Shown here piece by piece: positions 1-8,130 of a stretch of 64,000 nt of DNA. Position 1 is the first letter of the stretch, and every line of letters begins with the position of its first letter. The translations under genes and the position numbers were made by a program. Under the pieces are notes generated by a model. That model made no database searches. It had not been told where the DNA came from and worked only from the letters and a program-made list of their open reading frames with translations. The stretch is taken from NCBI GenBank assembly GCA_017934595.1, contig JAGBJG010000008.1, positions 723 to 64,722 on the forward strand, written 5' to 3'. The DNA comes from Bacilli bacterium. Its GTDB lineage: Bacteria > Bacillota_I > Bacilli_A > RF39 > UBA660.

Positions 1-1312
1 CATATACATCTCCAGCAGTAACAGTACCATGTCTTCTAACAACGCCATCATTGATAGCTAAGACATCACCATTTCCACATATAAATGTATTTTCTCTTGG
101 TATACCACATTCTACTGCTAAATCAGTATGTTCTTTTAGCATTCTATATTCACCATGAGCAGGCATTAAATATTTTGGTTTAATTAATCTTAACATTAAT
201 TTTAACTCTTCTTTATTACCATGACCTGATGCATGAATGTTAGATAAACTACTAGTAGTATATACTTTAACGCCTTGTAAACATAGTTTATTAATTGTTT
301 TAGATATAGCAAGTGCATTACCAGGAATAGCAGATGATGAGAATATTACTATATCAGATTGTTGTAATTTAATAGATTTATGTGTACCATTCGCGATTCT
401 AGATAAAGCACTTAAAGGTTCACCTTGTGTACCAGTACATAATAAACATACTTCACTAGGTTTTAATTTATTTGCTTCTTCTGGAGTTACTAATACATCT
501 TTACTAGTGATATATCCACCTTCAATAGAAATATCAATATTATTATCCATACTTCTACCAAATACAGCTACTTTTCTTCCATGCTTTTTACATGTTTCAA
601 GAATATGTTTAAGTCTATATATATTTGATGCGAATGTGGCAATAATAATTCTTGTATCACATGAATCAAATATTTCATTTAAGGCATTATCAACTAAAGA
701 TTCTGATTTTGATAATCCTTCGTTTAATACATTAGTACTATCACTAAGTAATAAAGTTACACCCTCATTACCTAATCTAGCCATTTCATATAAATTAGAC
801 ATAGGTCCAATTGGAGTTAAGTCAAATTTAAAGTCTCCAGTTGTAACTATAGTACCATTAGGTGTTTTAATAGCCATACCATGTGCATCTGGAATAGAGT
901 GAGTTACTAAAAAGAAACTAATCTCCATATTTTTAAATTTTATTACATCTTTTTCCGTATATACATGTAGGTTATCATACCTAATATTTCTATCTTCTAA
1001 TTTTCTTCTAATTAAGCCCATAGCTTGATTAGGTGCATAAATATCTGGAATATTAACCATTTGAAGTAGAAATGGAATACTTCCTATATGATCTTCATGA
1101 CCGTGTGTTATAAATAAACCTTTAATTTTACTTTCGTTTTCCTTTAAGTAAGTGAAATCTTGGATGACATAGTCAACACCTAATATTTCACCTTGAGGAA
1201 AAGTTATACCCGCATCAATTATTATTAATTCGTCACCGTGTTCAACACAGTACATATTTTTACCAACTTCACCAAGGCCACCCAAGGCAAAGACTAAGGT
1301 ATCAGTTTTCAT
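1..1312 (-). CDS. rnj: Ribonuclease J (metallo-beta-lactamase/beta-CASP RNase); N-terminal ~437 codons, C-terminus lies beyond the window start
   Basis: Reverse translation from ATG (1312..1310) gives MKTDTLVFALGGLGEVGKNMYCVEHGDELIIIDAGITFP...GLFITHGHEDHIGSIPFLL (HxHxDH motif). A GAAAGGAG RBS lies upstream. The gene is absent from the ORF track because it is open at the window edge; track ORF 237..902(+) is its antisense shadow. Confidence 0.85.
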   Translation of the reverse strand, partial: MKTDTLVFALGGLGEVGKNMYCVEHGDELIIIDAGITFPQGEILGVDYVIQDFTYLKENESKIKGLFITHGHEDHIGSIPFLLQMVNIPDIYAPNQAMGLIRRKLEDRNIRYDNLHVYTEKDVIKFKNMEISFFLVTHSIPDAHGMAIKTPNGTIVTTGDFKFDLTPIGPMSNLYEMARLGNEGVTLLLSDSTNVLNEGLSKSESLVDNALNEIFDSCDTRIIIATFASNIYRLKHILETCKKHGRKVAVFGRSMDNNIDISIEGGYITSKDVLVTPEEANKLKPSEVCLLCTGTQGEPLSALSRIANGTHKSIKLQQSDIVIFSSSAIPGNALAISKTINKLCLQGVKVYTTSSLSNIHASGHGNKEELKLMLRLIKPKYLMPAHGEYRMLKEHTDLAVECGIPRENTFICGNGDVLAINDGVVRRHGTVTAGDVY

Positions 1313-1399
1313 TTAAAAAATCTCCTTTCTTTTTAAATTTAATTCATTAATAAATTTGACTACATAATTATACCTTTTTTTTACTATTTTGTCTAGTTG

Positions 1400-1427
1400 T
1401 TGACAAAAATTCGGGGGGGGGTATAAT
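1400..1427 (+). promoter_or_regulatory. Sigma-A-type promoter TTGACA-N16-TATAAT with a G9 homopolymer in the spacer
   Basis: TTGACA is at 1400..1405 and TATAAT at 1422..1427. The spacer is aaaattc followed by nine G (1413..1421). An AGGAG RBS and ATG 1454 follow. Confidence 0.7.
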
Positions 1428-1453
1428 TATTTTATAAAATAGGAGTGTGTTTT

Positions 1454-2371
1454 ATGGAAGATAATCAAAATAATATTGAAGAAGTTAACCCGGTGGTAAT
1501 ACCAAAGGGCGAAAAGACTAAAAAAAGTAATACCTTAGTTATATTTTTAATAATTATAATTTTAGTTTTATTAGGAATATGTGGTTATTTTGTATACGAT
1601 AAATATTTTAGTAATAAACCAAGTGTTCCTAGTACAAATGAGCAAATTAATAATAGTGTAGACGACAGTAATGCAAATATCAACGATACAAATGATAATA
1701 ATCAGTTAAGCAATAATACGAATAATGATAGCTTAAACAATAATGGTGTAGTACTGACTGATGCTCAAATTAAGGAATTTGTAAAGGATTTAATAGATAA
1801 ATATTATGGAGCTTTTTATCATAATATGAATGTAGTATTCGGTAAATTTGATGATCGTATAAAGGTTGGAATGGCTATAAGTCACTTGGACCCTGGTAGT
1901 GTTCATATTCTTGAAGTTTCTTCTTTTAATGAATCTGATCATGATAAATTAAAGTCTCTTGTATGTTTTTATTCTGTTTCAAATTTTACAGCTTTCAAGG
2001 TAAAAGAGGTTGAATCAAAATATAAAGAATTATTTAATGAAGAAATGCCGAATGTTGAATCACCTTCTAGTGCAAGCCTAAACAAGTACTATCTTTTTGA
2101 AATGCAAGATGGTTGATATTATGTTTCGGGTTATCTATGTGGTGGTCCATATATCAATGATTATCCTAAATATGCTGTATCAAGTTATAATTTTGATGAT
2201 AATTTATTAGAAGTCTTTGTCAATACTATATATAATCCTGGTGATGGATTATCTATTAGTGGTGGCCCATCATGTTATCCAAGCAATGATAAAAAAACAA
2301 CATGTAGTTATAAACTTACATTTAAAAATGAAAATGGTAAATATATATTAGTTAATTCAGAAGAGGTATAA
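1454..2371 (+). pseudogene. Membrane-anchored N/D/S-rich surface protein gene interrupted by an in-frame TGA (2114..2116); the frame stays open for 84 more codons to TAA 2369..2371
   Basis: The ATG at 1454 follows an AGGAG RBS. There is an N-terminal TM helix (LVIFLIIIILVLLGICGYFVY) and an Asn/Asp-rich linker. After ...EMQDG-TGA the same frame reads YYVSGYLCGGPYINDYPKYAVSSYNFDD...KNENGKYILVNSEEV and ends directly at a hairpin terminator. Confidence 0.6.
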
Positions 2372-2388
2372 TTATACCTCTTTTATAT
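2362..2388 (+). terminator. Hairpin terminator after the extended ORF
   Basis: Stem agaggtat / atacctct (8 bp, loop aatt) followed by a T-rich stretch; it starts within the last codons of the 1454..2371 frame. Confidence 0.55.
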
Positions 2389-2434
2389 ACTTTAAAATCT
2401 TGACATGAACCATATTTTATAGTAATATTGTTCA

Positions 2435-2481
2435 TAGAGGAGATGGTCCTTGCCCGCTGGGGCTGGGGTCATCTCTTTTTG
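2435..2481 (+). ncRNA. Candidate ~45-nt transcript: promoter plus GC-rich hairpin plus T5, antisense to the 3' end of the 2469..3002 gene
   Basis: TTGACA (2400..2405), 17-nt spacer, TAATAT (2423..2428). Then GAGATGGTCC (2440..2449) pairs with GGTCATCTC (2467..2475), including G.U pairs that work only on the + strand, with an inner GCCC/GGGC stem, followed by TTTTT. Confidence 0.3.
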
Positions 2482-3002
2482 TATGCTTTAATCAAAATAT
2501 TATCTTTTTTAATTATGATTTTGTTTATCCATATACGTCGGCATACCCCATCTTTAAAAATATTCTCTGTTTGCTTAATAATGTAGTGTATTGGTATTTT
2601 GCAATCGGTTATGTCAATTATAAAATTATGTGATTGCTTTTCACAGTTTTTGATTGCGTTATCAATCGCGCGCATTAAACTTTTTGAATCTTTTAATTCC
2701 TTTAAATCCCAATATTCTCCATTCCACCAATAATCAGCCGTTTTAATATTGTTTGGTGAATTTACACGTGGCTTCATATAAATTTCCCCACCAAAAGTAT
2801 TTTCAATCCAATTGGCTACTTCTAGTTCTTTTAAAGAATAGTCTAAAACAACGTTTTTGCTGCCGTCTACAATGTATATTTTATCTTTTGAAATATAAAA
2901 GTAACTATCTAACACTTTGTGACTATTAGGTGTAGCTTTTTCTATCAATTCTTTTGTAATATCGATGTAATTAATATTTATATCTAAAGTTTCTAATGCC
3001 AT
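2469..3002 (-). CDS. Hypothetical protein with a possible PD-(D/E)xK (restriction-endonuclease-fold) motif
   Basis: 177-aa ORF. The segment ...IKTADYWWNGEYWDLKELKD... fits a D-x(n)-D/E-x-K pattern. No family was confidently recognised. Confidence 0.55.
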   Translation of the reverse strand: MALETLDININYIDITKELIEKATPNSHKVLDSYFYISKDKIYIVDGSKNVVLDYSLKELEVANWIENTFGGEIYMKPRVNSPNNIKTADYWWNGEYWDLKELKDSKSLMRAIDNAIKNCEKQSHNFIIDITDCKIPIHYIIKQTENIFKDGVCRRIWINKIIIKKDNILIKAYKKR

Positions 3003-3131
3003 AAATAAAATCCTTTCTATTATTTACAGCATACATCCTAACAATTATATAATATATTTTAATATTGAACAATCATAATTTGACAAAATAAAACATTTAG
3101 TATATTATAAACGCTTAACAGGGGGGATAAT

Positions 3132-3587
3132 ATGAATATTAAGAGTTATTATATAACTAAGAATGATATTGTAATTAAAGATTATGATAATAAGACTACA
3201 ATATTAGAGCTTAATCGTCAAAACCTAATGAATATGATTAATGACTTAGATACTCAAGTTAAGGAAAGTGCTGATGAAATTATAAGTAAGGAAGATCAAG
3301 CTTATAGAAAATTAATTAATGTATTATCTATCAATACTTTAGCTTCATTATTCTTAAGTTTTATCGTTTTCTTAGGATTTACACATGCTAGTTATATAGG
3401 TATGGTATTAGGTATTGTCTTATCTTTAGGTTTAGTTGTTTATTCTTTAATTATGACTTTCTTAGGCGCTAGAAAAATAAGAGGTTATAGAAAACAATAT
3501 AGAATCTATGAAGGTAGAGAAATATTAGTTAATATGTATAACAAATTATCAAAAGGCTTAGATGCAGAACTTGTGGATGTTTATTAA
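3132..3587 (+). CDS. Hypothetical membrane protein (two central TM helices)
   Basis: 151-aa ORF with a GGGGGG/ATAAT-ATG initiation region and hydrophobic segments LASLFLSFIVFLGF and GMVLGIVLSLGLVVYSLIMTFLG. Confidence 0.6.
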   Translation: MNIKSYYITKNDIVIKDYDNKTTILELNRQNLMNMINDLDTQVKESADEIISKEDQAYRKLINVLSINTLASLFLSFIVFLGFTHASYIGMVLGIVLSLGLVVYSLIMTFLGARKIRGYRKQYRIYEGREILVNMYNKLSKGLDAELVDVY

Positions 3588-3641
3588 TAAACATCTTTTT
3601 TTTGCATAAAAAATAATGTAAAATATATATAGGTGATATTA

Positions 3642-4610
3642 ATGGGCTTATTTGATAAATTTAAAAATCTATTTACTAAAGAGGAAAAAGCAGAAGTAGA
3701 AGTATATGAAAAAGGATTAGAAAAAACAAGAAATGAATTTGTTAATAAAATAAGTATCTTAAATAATAAATATAAAAAAGTATCTAATGAGTATTTTGAT
3801 GAATTAGAAGAAATATTTATTATGGCTGATATTGGTGTTAATACTGTGATGGATTTTATTGATAAGTTAAAGAAAAGAGTTAAATCTGAAAATATAGAAA
3901 ATAGTGAAGATTTAATGAATATCATCGTAGATGAAATGTTTATTATCTACGTTAATAACGATATTATTGTTAATAAAATTAATTATAATAATGATGGACC
4001 AACTGTTGTATTAATGGTAGGTGTTAATGGAGTTGGTAAAACTACTACAATTGGTAAACTTGCTAATAGAGAAATCAAAAATGGTAAGAAAGTATTATTA
4101 GTAGCAGGTGATACTTTTAGAGCTGGTGCAGTAGAACAACTAGTTGAATGGGGTAAAAGAATTGGTGCAGATGTAGTATACAAAAATGAAGCTGATCCAT
4201 CAAGTGTTATTTATGATGGTATTGATAAAGCAGTTAAAGAATCATATGATGTTGTATTTATAGATACAGCTGGAAGATTACAAAATAAAACTAATTTAAT
4301 GAATGAATTAGATAAAATCAATAGGGTTATAGGAAAACTTTTACCAGGGGCACCACATGAAACATTATTAGTTATAGATGGTACAACAGGTCAAAATGGT
4401 ATAAGTCAAGCTAAAAACTTTAAAGAAATTACTAATATTACTGGTATTGTATTAACTAAATTAGATGGTACTGCTAAAGGTGGTATAGTTTTAGCTATCA
4501 AAGAAAATGTAGGTATACCAGTTAAATTTATTGGTTTAGGTGAAAAGGCTGAAGACTTAAAAGTATTTGATATAGAAAAATATATCTATGGATTATTTAG
4601 GAGTGAATAG
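3642..4610 (+). CDS. ftsY: Signal recognition particle receptor FtsY
   Basis: SRP-GTPase motifs GVNGVGKTTTIGKLA, DTAGRL and TKLDGTAKGG. The start was moved to ATG 3642 (MGLFDKFK) behind an AGGTGAT RBS. Confidence 0.92.
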   Translation: MGLFDKFKNLFTKEEKAEVEVYEKGLEKTRNEFVNKISILNNKYKKVSNEYFDELEEIFIMADIGVNTVMDFIDKLKKRVKSENIENSEDLMNIIVDEMFIIYVNNDIIVNKINYNNDGPTVVLMVGVNGVGKTTTIGKLANREIKNGKKVLLVAGDTFRAGAVEQLVEWGKRIGADVVYKNEADPSSVIYDGIDKAVKESYDVVFIDTAGRLQNKTNLMNELDKINRVIGKLLPGAPHETLLVIDGTTGQNGISQAKNFKEITNITGIVLTKLDGTAKGGIVLAIKENVGIPVKFIGLGEKAEDLKVFDIEKYIYGLFRSE

Positions 4611-4611
4611 T

Positions 4612-4902
4612 ATGAAAGAAAGATTATATTTGATTACTCTATATGATTTATATGGTAATTTATTAACAGATAAACAACAAACATATTTTGAAGAATATTA
4701 TTTCAATAATTTATCTTTATCAGAAATGAGTGAATTATATGAAGTATCTAGAAGTGCAATAGGTAAATCCCTAAAAGAGATTGAATCTAAATTAAATAAT
4801 TATGAAGATAAATTAAAAATATATAATAAACTTAATAAGGTAAATAGACTTATTAAAGATGATTCATTAAAAACTAAGATAGAAGATATATTTAAAGATT
4901 AA
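4612..4902 (+). CDS. ylxM: YlxM/UPF0122 small HTH protein
   Basis: MKERLYLITLYDLYGNLLTDKQQTYFEEYYFNNLSLSEMSE..., in the typical position downstream of ftsY. ATG 4612 lies behind an AGGAG RBS. Confidence 0.8.
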   Translation: MKERLYLITLYDLYGNLLTDKQQTYFEEYYFNNLSLSEMSELYEVSRSAIGKSLKEIESKLNNYEDKLKIYNKLNKVNRLIKDDSLKTKIEDIFKD

Positions 4903-4924
4903 ATAAATATTATATAATGCATAT

Positions 4925-5032
4925 AGATGCATTAACTTGCATAAAATAAAAAGGAACACTTAATACGCTATGTTGAGTGTTGCCTGTAATTGGCAATCGC
5001 CTGTCTAAGCTTTAGTCAAGCGATGTTTTCTT
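4925..5032 (+). ncRNA. Candidate ~105-nt sRNA or leader, paralogous in its 5' ~45 nt to the sRNA candidate at 33575
   Basis: TATAAT at 4913..4918. The 5' module atatagatgcattaacttgcataaaataaaaagga closely matches 33571..33607. A hairpin AACACT/AGTGTT is present, and a 3' hairpin ATCGC (4996..5000)/GCGAT (5020..5024) is followed by GTTTTC. Confidence 0.3.
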
Positions 5033-5053
5033 ATATAATTGCTATAAATAACA

Positions 5054-5078
5054 AAGATATTAAATATATCTTTTTTTG
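5054..5078 (+). terminator. AT-rich hairpin plus T-run between the sRNA-like element and clpC
   Basis: aagatat-taaat-atatctt followed by TTTTT. Confidence 0.45.
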
Positions 5079-5142
5079 TTACCTGACATTAACCGACTTA
5101 TTATTTTTTGTATTTGGAATAGAATAATTATAGGTGATCAAA

Positions 5143-7449
5143 ATGTTTGGTAATTTTAATGAAGAAGCAAGAAAAGTATTAGTAGTAGCTAAAAAAGAAA
5201 TGAAGGAATTAAAACATCCTTATATAGGTAGTGAACATTTGATGTTAGCTATTTTAAAAGGTAATAATAGTATATCTAAAAAACTAAAATCCTACGATTT
5301 AACTTATGAAGTATTTAAAAAAGAACTATCTAATATAGTTGGTATAGGTAGTAGTGATACAAATGCTTTTTTGTATACTCCATTATTAAAAAGAGTAATT
5401 GAAAATGCTATTTTAGATAGTAAAGAAAATAATAATAGTGTTGTTACTATTGAACATTTATTTTCAGCTTTGTTAGAAGAAGGTGAAGGGGTCGCCATTA
5501 GGATAATGCTTGGAATGGGTATTGATCTAGAAAAATTATATGATGATTTTTCATATAAAATAGTTAATCATAATAAGAAAAACAAAAAGTTACTTGTTGA
5601 TGAGATGGGTGTAGATTTGACTTTGAAAGCAAGCAAAGGTGAATTAGATCCAGTTATCGGTAGAGATAAAGAAATACAAAGAGTAATAGAAATACTTTCT
5701 AGAAGAAGTAAAAATAATCCACTTTTAGTTGGAGATGCCGGAGTAGGTAAGACAGCTATAGTAGAAGGTTTATCATATATGATTACTAATTCAATGGTGC
5801 CTATTAATTTACAAAATAAAAGAATAATTAGTCTTGATATGGCTTCTTTAGTGGCAGGTACTAAATATAGAGGTGAATTTGAAGAAAGAATAAGAAATAT
5901 AATAGATGAAGTAGAAAATGAACCTGATATTATATTATTTATAGATGAGATTCATACTATAGTAGGTGCTGGTGGAGCAGAAGGGGCAATTGATGCATCT
6001 AATATATTTAAACCGGCTTTAGCTAGAGGTAGTATTAGAGTAATAGGCGCGACTACAATGGAAGAATATAAAAAATTCATTGAAGAAGATAAAGCTTTAT
6101 CTAGAAGATTCCAAAATATATTTATTAAGACGCCTGATAAGAAAACTGCTAAGAATATATTGATTGGGTTAAAACCTATATATGAAGATTATCATAATGT
6201 AATAATATCTGAAGATATAATTGATTTGATTATTAATTTATCAGATAAATATATTCACAATAGATATGAACCAGATAAATCTATAGATATTTTAGACGAA
6301 GTATGTGCTTATGTAAGTTTAAAAGAAACTAAAGAATCAAAAGAATATAATAAGATTAATATTAAATTAAAAGAAGTAACATCTATTAAAAATGAATATA
6401 TTTTAAAAAATGATTTTAAAGATGCTTTAACTTATAGAAAAGATGAAGAAGCATTACTTAGTAAATTAAACAATTTAGAATTAGATATATTAAAAAATAA
6501 AAATAGGAAAAAAGTTACTAAGAAAGATATTGCCTATATCTTTAATATGAAAACTAATATTCCTATATATGAAATAATGGATGATAATTTAAAAGTAATA
6601 AATAAAATAGAAAAAGATTTAAAAACTAATATTATAGGTGAAGATACTGCTGTTTTAGCTTGTATAGATGTTATTAAAAGAATTAAATTAGGATTTAAAG
6701 ATGATAATATGTGTTATTCAATGATGTTTGCTGGCCCAAGTGGAGTAGGCAAAACTAAATTAGCAACATTATTTTCTAAAGCTTTAGTAGGTGATAATTT
6801 AATTAGGCTTGATATGAGTGAATATAGTGATGCATCCAGTATAACTAAGATTATAGGTACATCGCCAGGATATGTTGGATATAAAGATTCGCATAATATT
6901 TTAGATGAAGTTAAAAATAAACCATTTTCAGTTATCTTATTAGATGAAGTTGAAAAAGCTCATTCAGATGTACTTAATTTATTTTTTCAAATATTAGAAG
7001 ATGGTAAAATCAAAAACTCATATGGTGAATATATATACTTTAATAATACAGTTATTATAATGACATCTAATATTGGATATAATGAATCCAATATAGGATT
7101 TAATAATAACTTTAATACAGATAGCAAGTTAAAAGATAATTTTTCTATTCCATTTATAAATAGAATTGATACTATAATATATTTTAATAAATTGAATGAA
7201 GATCATATTAGAAAAATAATAAATAATAGATTAAATATATTAAAAAAGAAATATAAGGATAAAAATATTCATTTAAAGATAGATAATAATGTAATAGAAG
7301 ATATTATAAATAAATCAGATTATATTAATTATGGAGCAAGAAAAATAGATAAGATAATCAAAGACGATATTGAAAATATTATTATAAATAGTGTTTTAAA
7401 TAGTGAATATAATATAGTTATTACTACAATTAATAAAGCATTAGCTTAA
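5143..7449 (+). CDS. clpC: ClpC-like class III stress AAA+ ATPase (two Clp_N repeats, two AAA modules)
   Basis: N-terminal Clp_N repeat (HPYIGSEHLMLAIL), Walker A GDAGVGKT and GPSGVGKT, and an IGF tripeptide in the second module. ATG 5143 lies behind an AGGTGAT RBS. Confidence 0.85.
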   Translation: MFGNFNEEARKVLVVAKKEMKELKHPYIGSEHLMLAILKGNNSISKKLKSYDLTYEVFKKELSNIVGIGSSDTNAFLYTPLLKRVIENAILDSKENNNSVVTIEHLFSALLEEGEGVAIRIMLGMGIDLEKLYDDFSYKIVNHNKKNKKLLVDEMGVDLTLKASKGELDPVIGRDKEIQRVIEILSRRSKNNPLLVGDAGVGKTAIVEGLSYMITNSMVPINLQNKRIISLDMASLVAGTKYRGEFEERIRNIIDEVENEPDIILFIDEIHTIVGAGGAEGAIDASNIFKPALARGSIRVIGATTMEEYKKFIEEDKALSRRFQNIFIKTPDKKTAKNILIGLKPIYEDYHNVIISEDIIDLIINLSDKYIHNRYEPDKSIDILDEVCAYVSLKETKESKEYNKINIKLKEVTSIKNEYILKNDFKDALTYRKDEEALLSKLNNLELDILKNKNRKKVTKKDIAYIFNMKTNIPIYEIMDDNLKVINKIEKDLKTNIIGEDTAVLACIDVIKRIKLGFKDDNMCYSMMFAGPSGVGKTKLATLFSKALVGDNLIRLDMSEYSDASSITKIIGTSPGYVGYKDSHNILDEVKNKPFSVILLDEVEKAHSDVLNLFFQILEDGKIKNSYGEYIYFNNTVIIMTSNIGYNESNIGFNNNFNTDSKLKDNFSIPFINRIDTIIYFNKLNEDHIRKIINNRLNILKKKYKDKNIHLKIDNNVIEDIINKSDYINYGARKIDKIIKDDIENIIINSVLNSEYNIVITTINKALA

Positions 7450-7584
7450 TTTTATGATTTTTAATAAATTAGTATATTTTTAGCGCGTATCAAAATTATA
7501 AAAATGGTAATATTTTAGCGAAAAATTATTAAAAAATATTGTCAAAAATATGCATTTATGCTATTATGTATATAGGGTGATATT

Positions 7585-8130
7585 ATGGATATAATGGACA
7601 TGGTAAAACAATCCTTAAACGCTAATAGTAGCATATCAGATGGTCTTAGACAAAACATCTATGAACTTGTTTTGATACTCCATACTAAATTCCCTGATGT
7701 AGACTTAACTAATTTATGCAACCGTTTAAGAAGTTTACAAGTTAAAAAATTAAATAAGTTTATAAATAATAATGTTTCTATGTATAGTAATGTAGAAAAT
7801 ATATTATATTTGAATAATGAAAAACTTAGTGGTGACTTTGATGCTAAACATGTATTAATGTATGAAATACTTAATATTGCTAGTTCAACTGAAACTACAA
7901 GAGGATTTATTCAAGATGGTAGATTTGAAGCATTGAATGTAGGTTACACTGAAATTATGGCTAACTTTTTAGTTGGTAATGAAAGTGATAAAGCTATGTA
8001 TCCTAATCAAGCAGCTGAGACAAATTTAATATCAATAATCATTGGTAATGATATCCTTAAAAAAGCATATTTTACAAATGATACAGAATTATTAATTAAG
8101 GGGTTCAATGATGCGGGGGTGCAAGTATAA
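7585..8130 (+). CDS. Hypothetical protein
   Basis: 181-aa ORF behind a GGGTGAT RBS and a TTGTCA-17-TATTAT promoter. It is translationally coupled (TAATG) to the next ORF. Confidence 0.6.
   Translation: MDIMDMVKQSLNANSSISDGLRQNIYELVLILHTKFPDVDLTNLCNRLRSLQVKKLNKFINNNVSMYSNVENILYLNNEKLSGDFDAKHVLMYEILNIASSTETTRGFIQDGRFEALNVGYTEIMANFLVGNESDKAMYPNQAAETNLISIIIGNDILKKAYFTNDTELLIKGFNDAGVQV

Noticed and set aside
237-902. Track ORF 237..902 (+), 221 aa
   Set aside because: It lies entirely antisense to the well-supported RNase J gene (1..1312, minus). The translation is low-complexity with no motifs, so it is a shadow ORF.
2114-2116. TGA read as Trp (genetic code 4) or Gly (code 25) throughout the genome
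   Set aside because: Large conserved genes (valS, lepA, glyQS, thrS, rnr) are intact under the standard code and encode Trp with TGG. TGA ends several genes directly before the next RBS/ATG (for example 16642, 17621, 20797, 29210). The standard code therefore applies, and the 2114 TGA is a local event.
2444-2587. 47-codon plus-strand ORF starting at ATG 2444 (MVLARWGWGHLF...)
   Set aside because: The ATG directly abuts the GAGGAG with no spacer. The frame runs antisense through the 2469..3002 gene, and the sequence is better explained as a hairpin and terminator.
3121-3126. G6 tract in the RBS region of gene 3132 as a second phase-variable site
   Set aside because: Six residues is short for efficient slippage, and the tract can simply serve as the Shine-Dalgarno sequence. 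It is noted but not claimed.
4969-5007. 12-codon ORF (MLSVACNWQSPV) inside the sRNA-like element
   Set aside because: There is no properly spaced RBS (AGGA lies 14 nt upstream), and the ORF is not shared with the paralogous element at 33575.
4903-5142. CtsR operator upstream of clpC (and at 34492..34601 upstream of clpP)
   Set aside because: GTCTAAGCTTTAGTCAAG superficially resembles the (A/G)GTCAAA-NAN-(A/G)GTCAAA repeat, but the spacing is off by 1-2 nt and several positions mismatch. No ctsR/mcsA/mcsB genes precede clpC, and nothing similar lies upstream of clpP.
4903-5142. SRP (4.5S/scRNA) gene downstream of ftsY-ylxM
   Set aside because: No GGUGCUGUUUACCAGG...GGAAGCAGCCA-type domain IV motif could be found.
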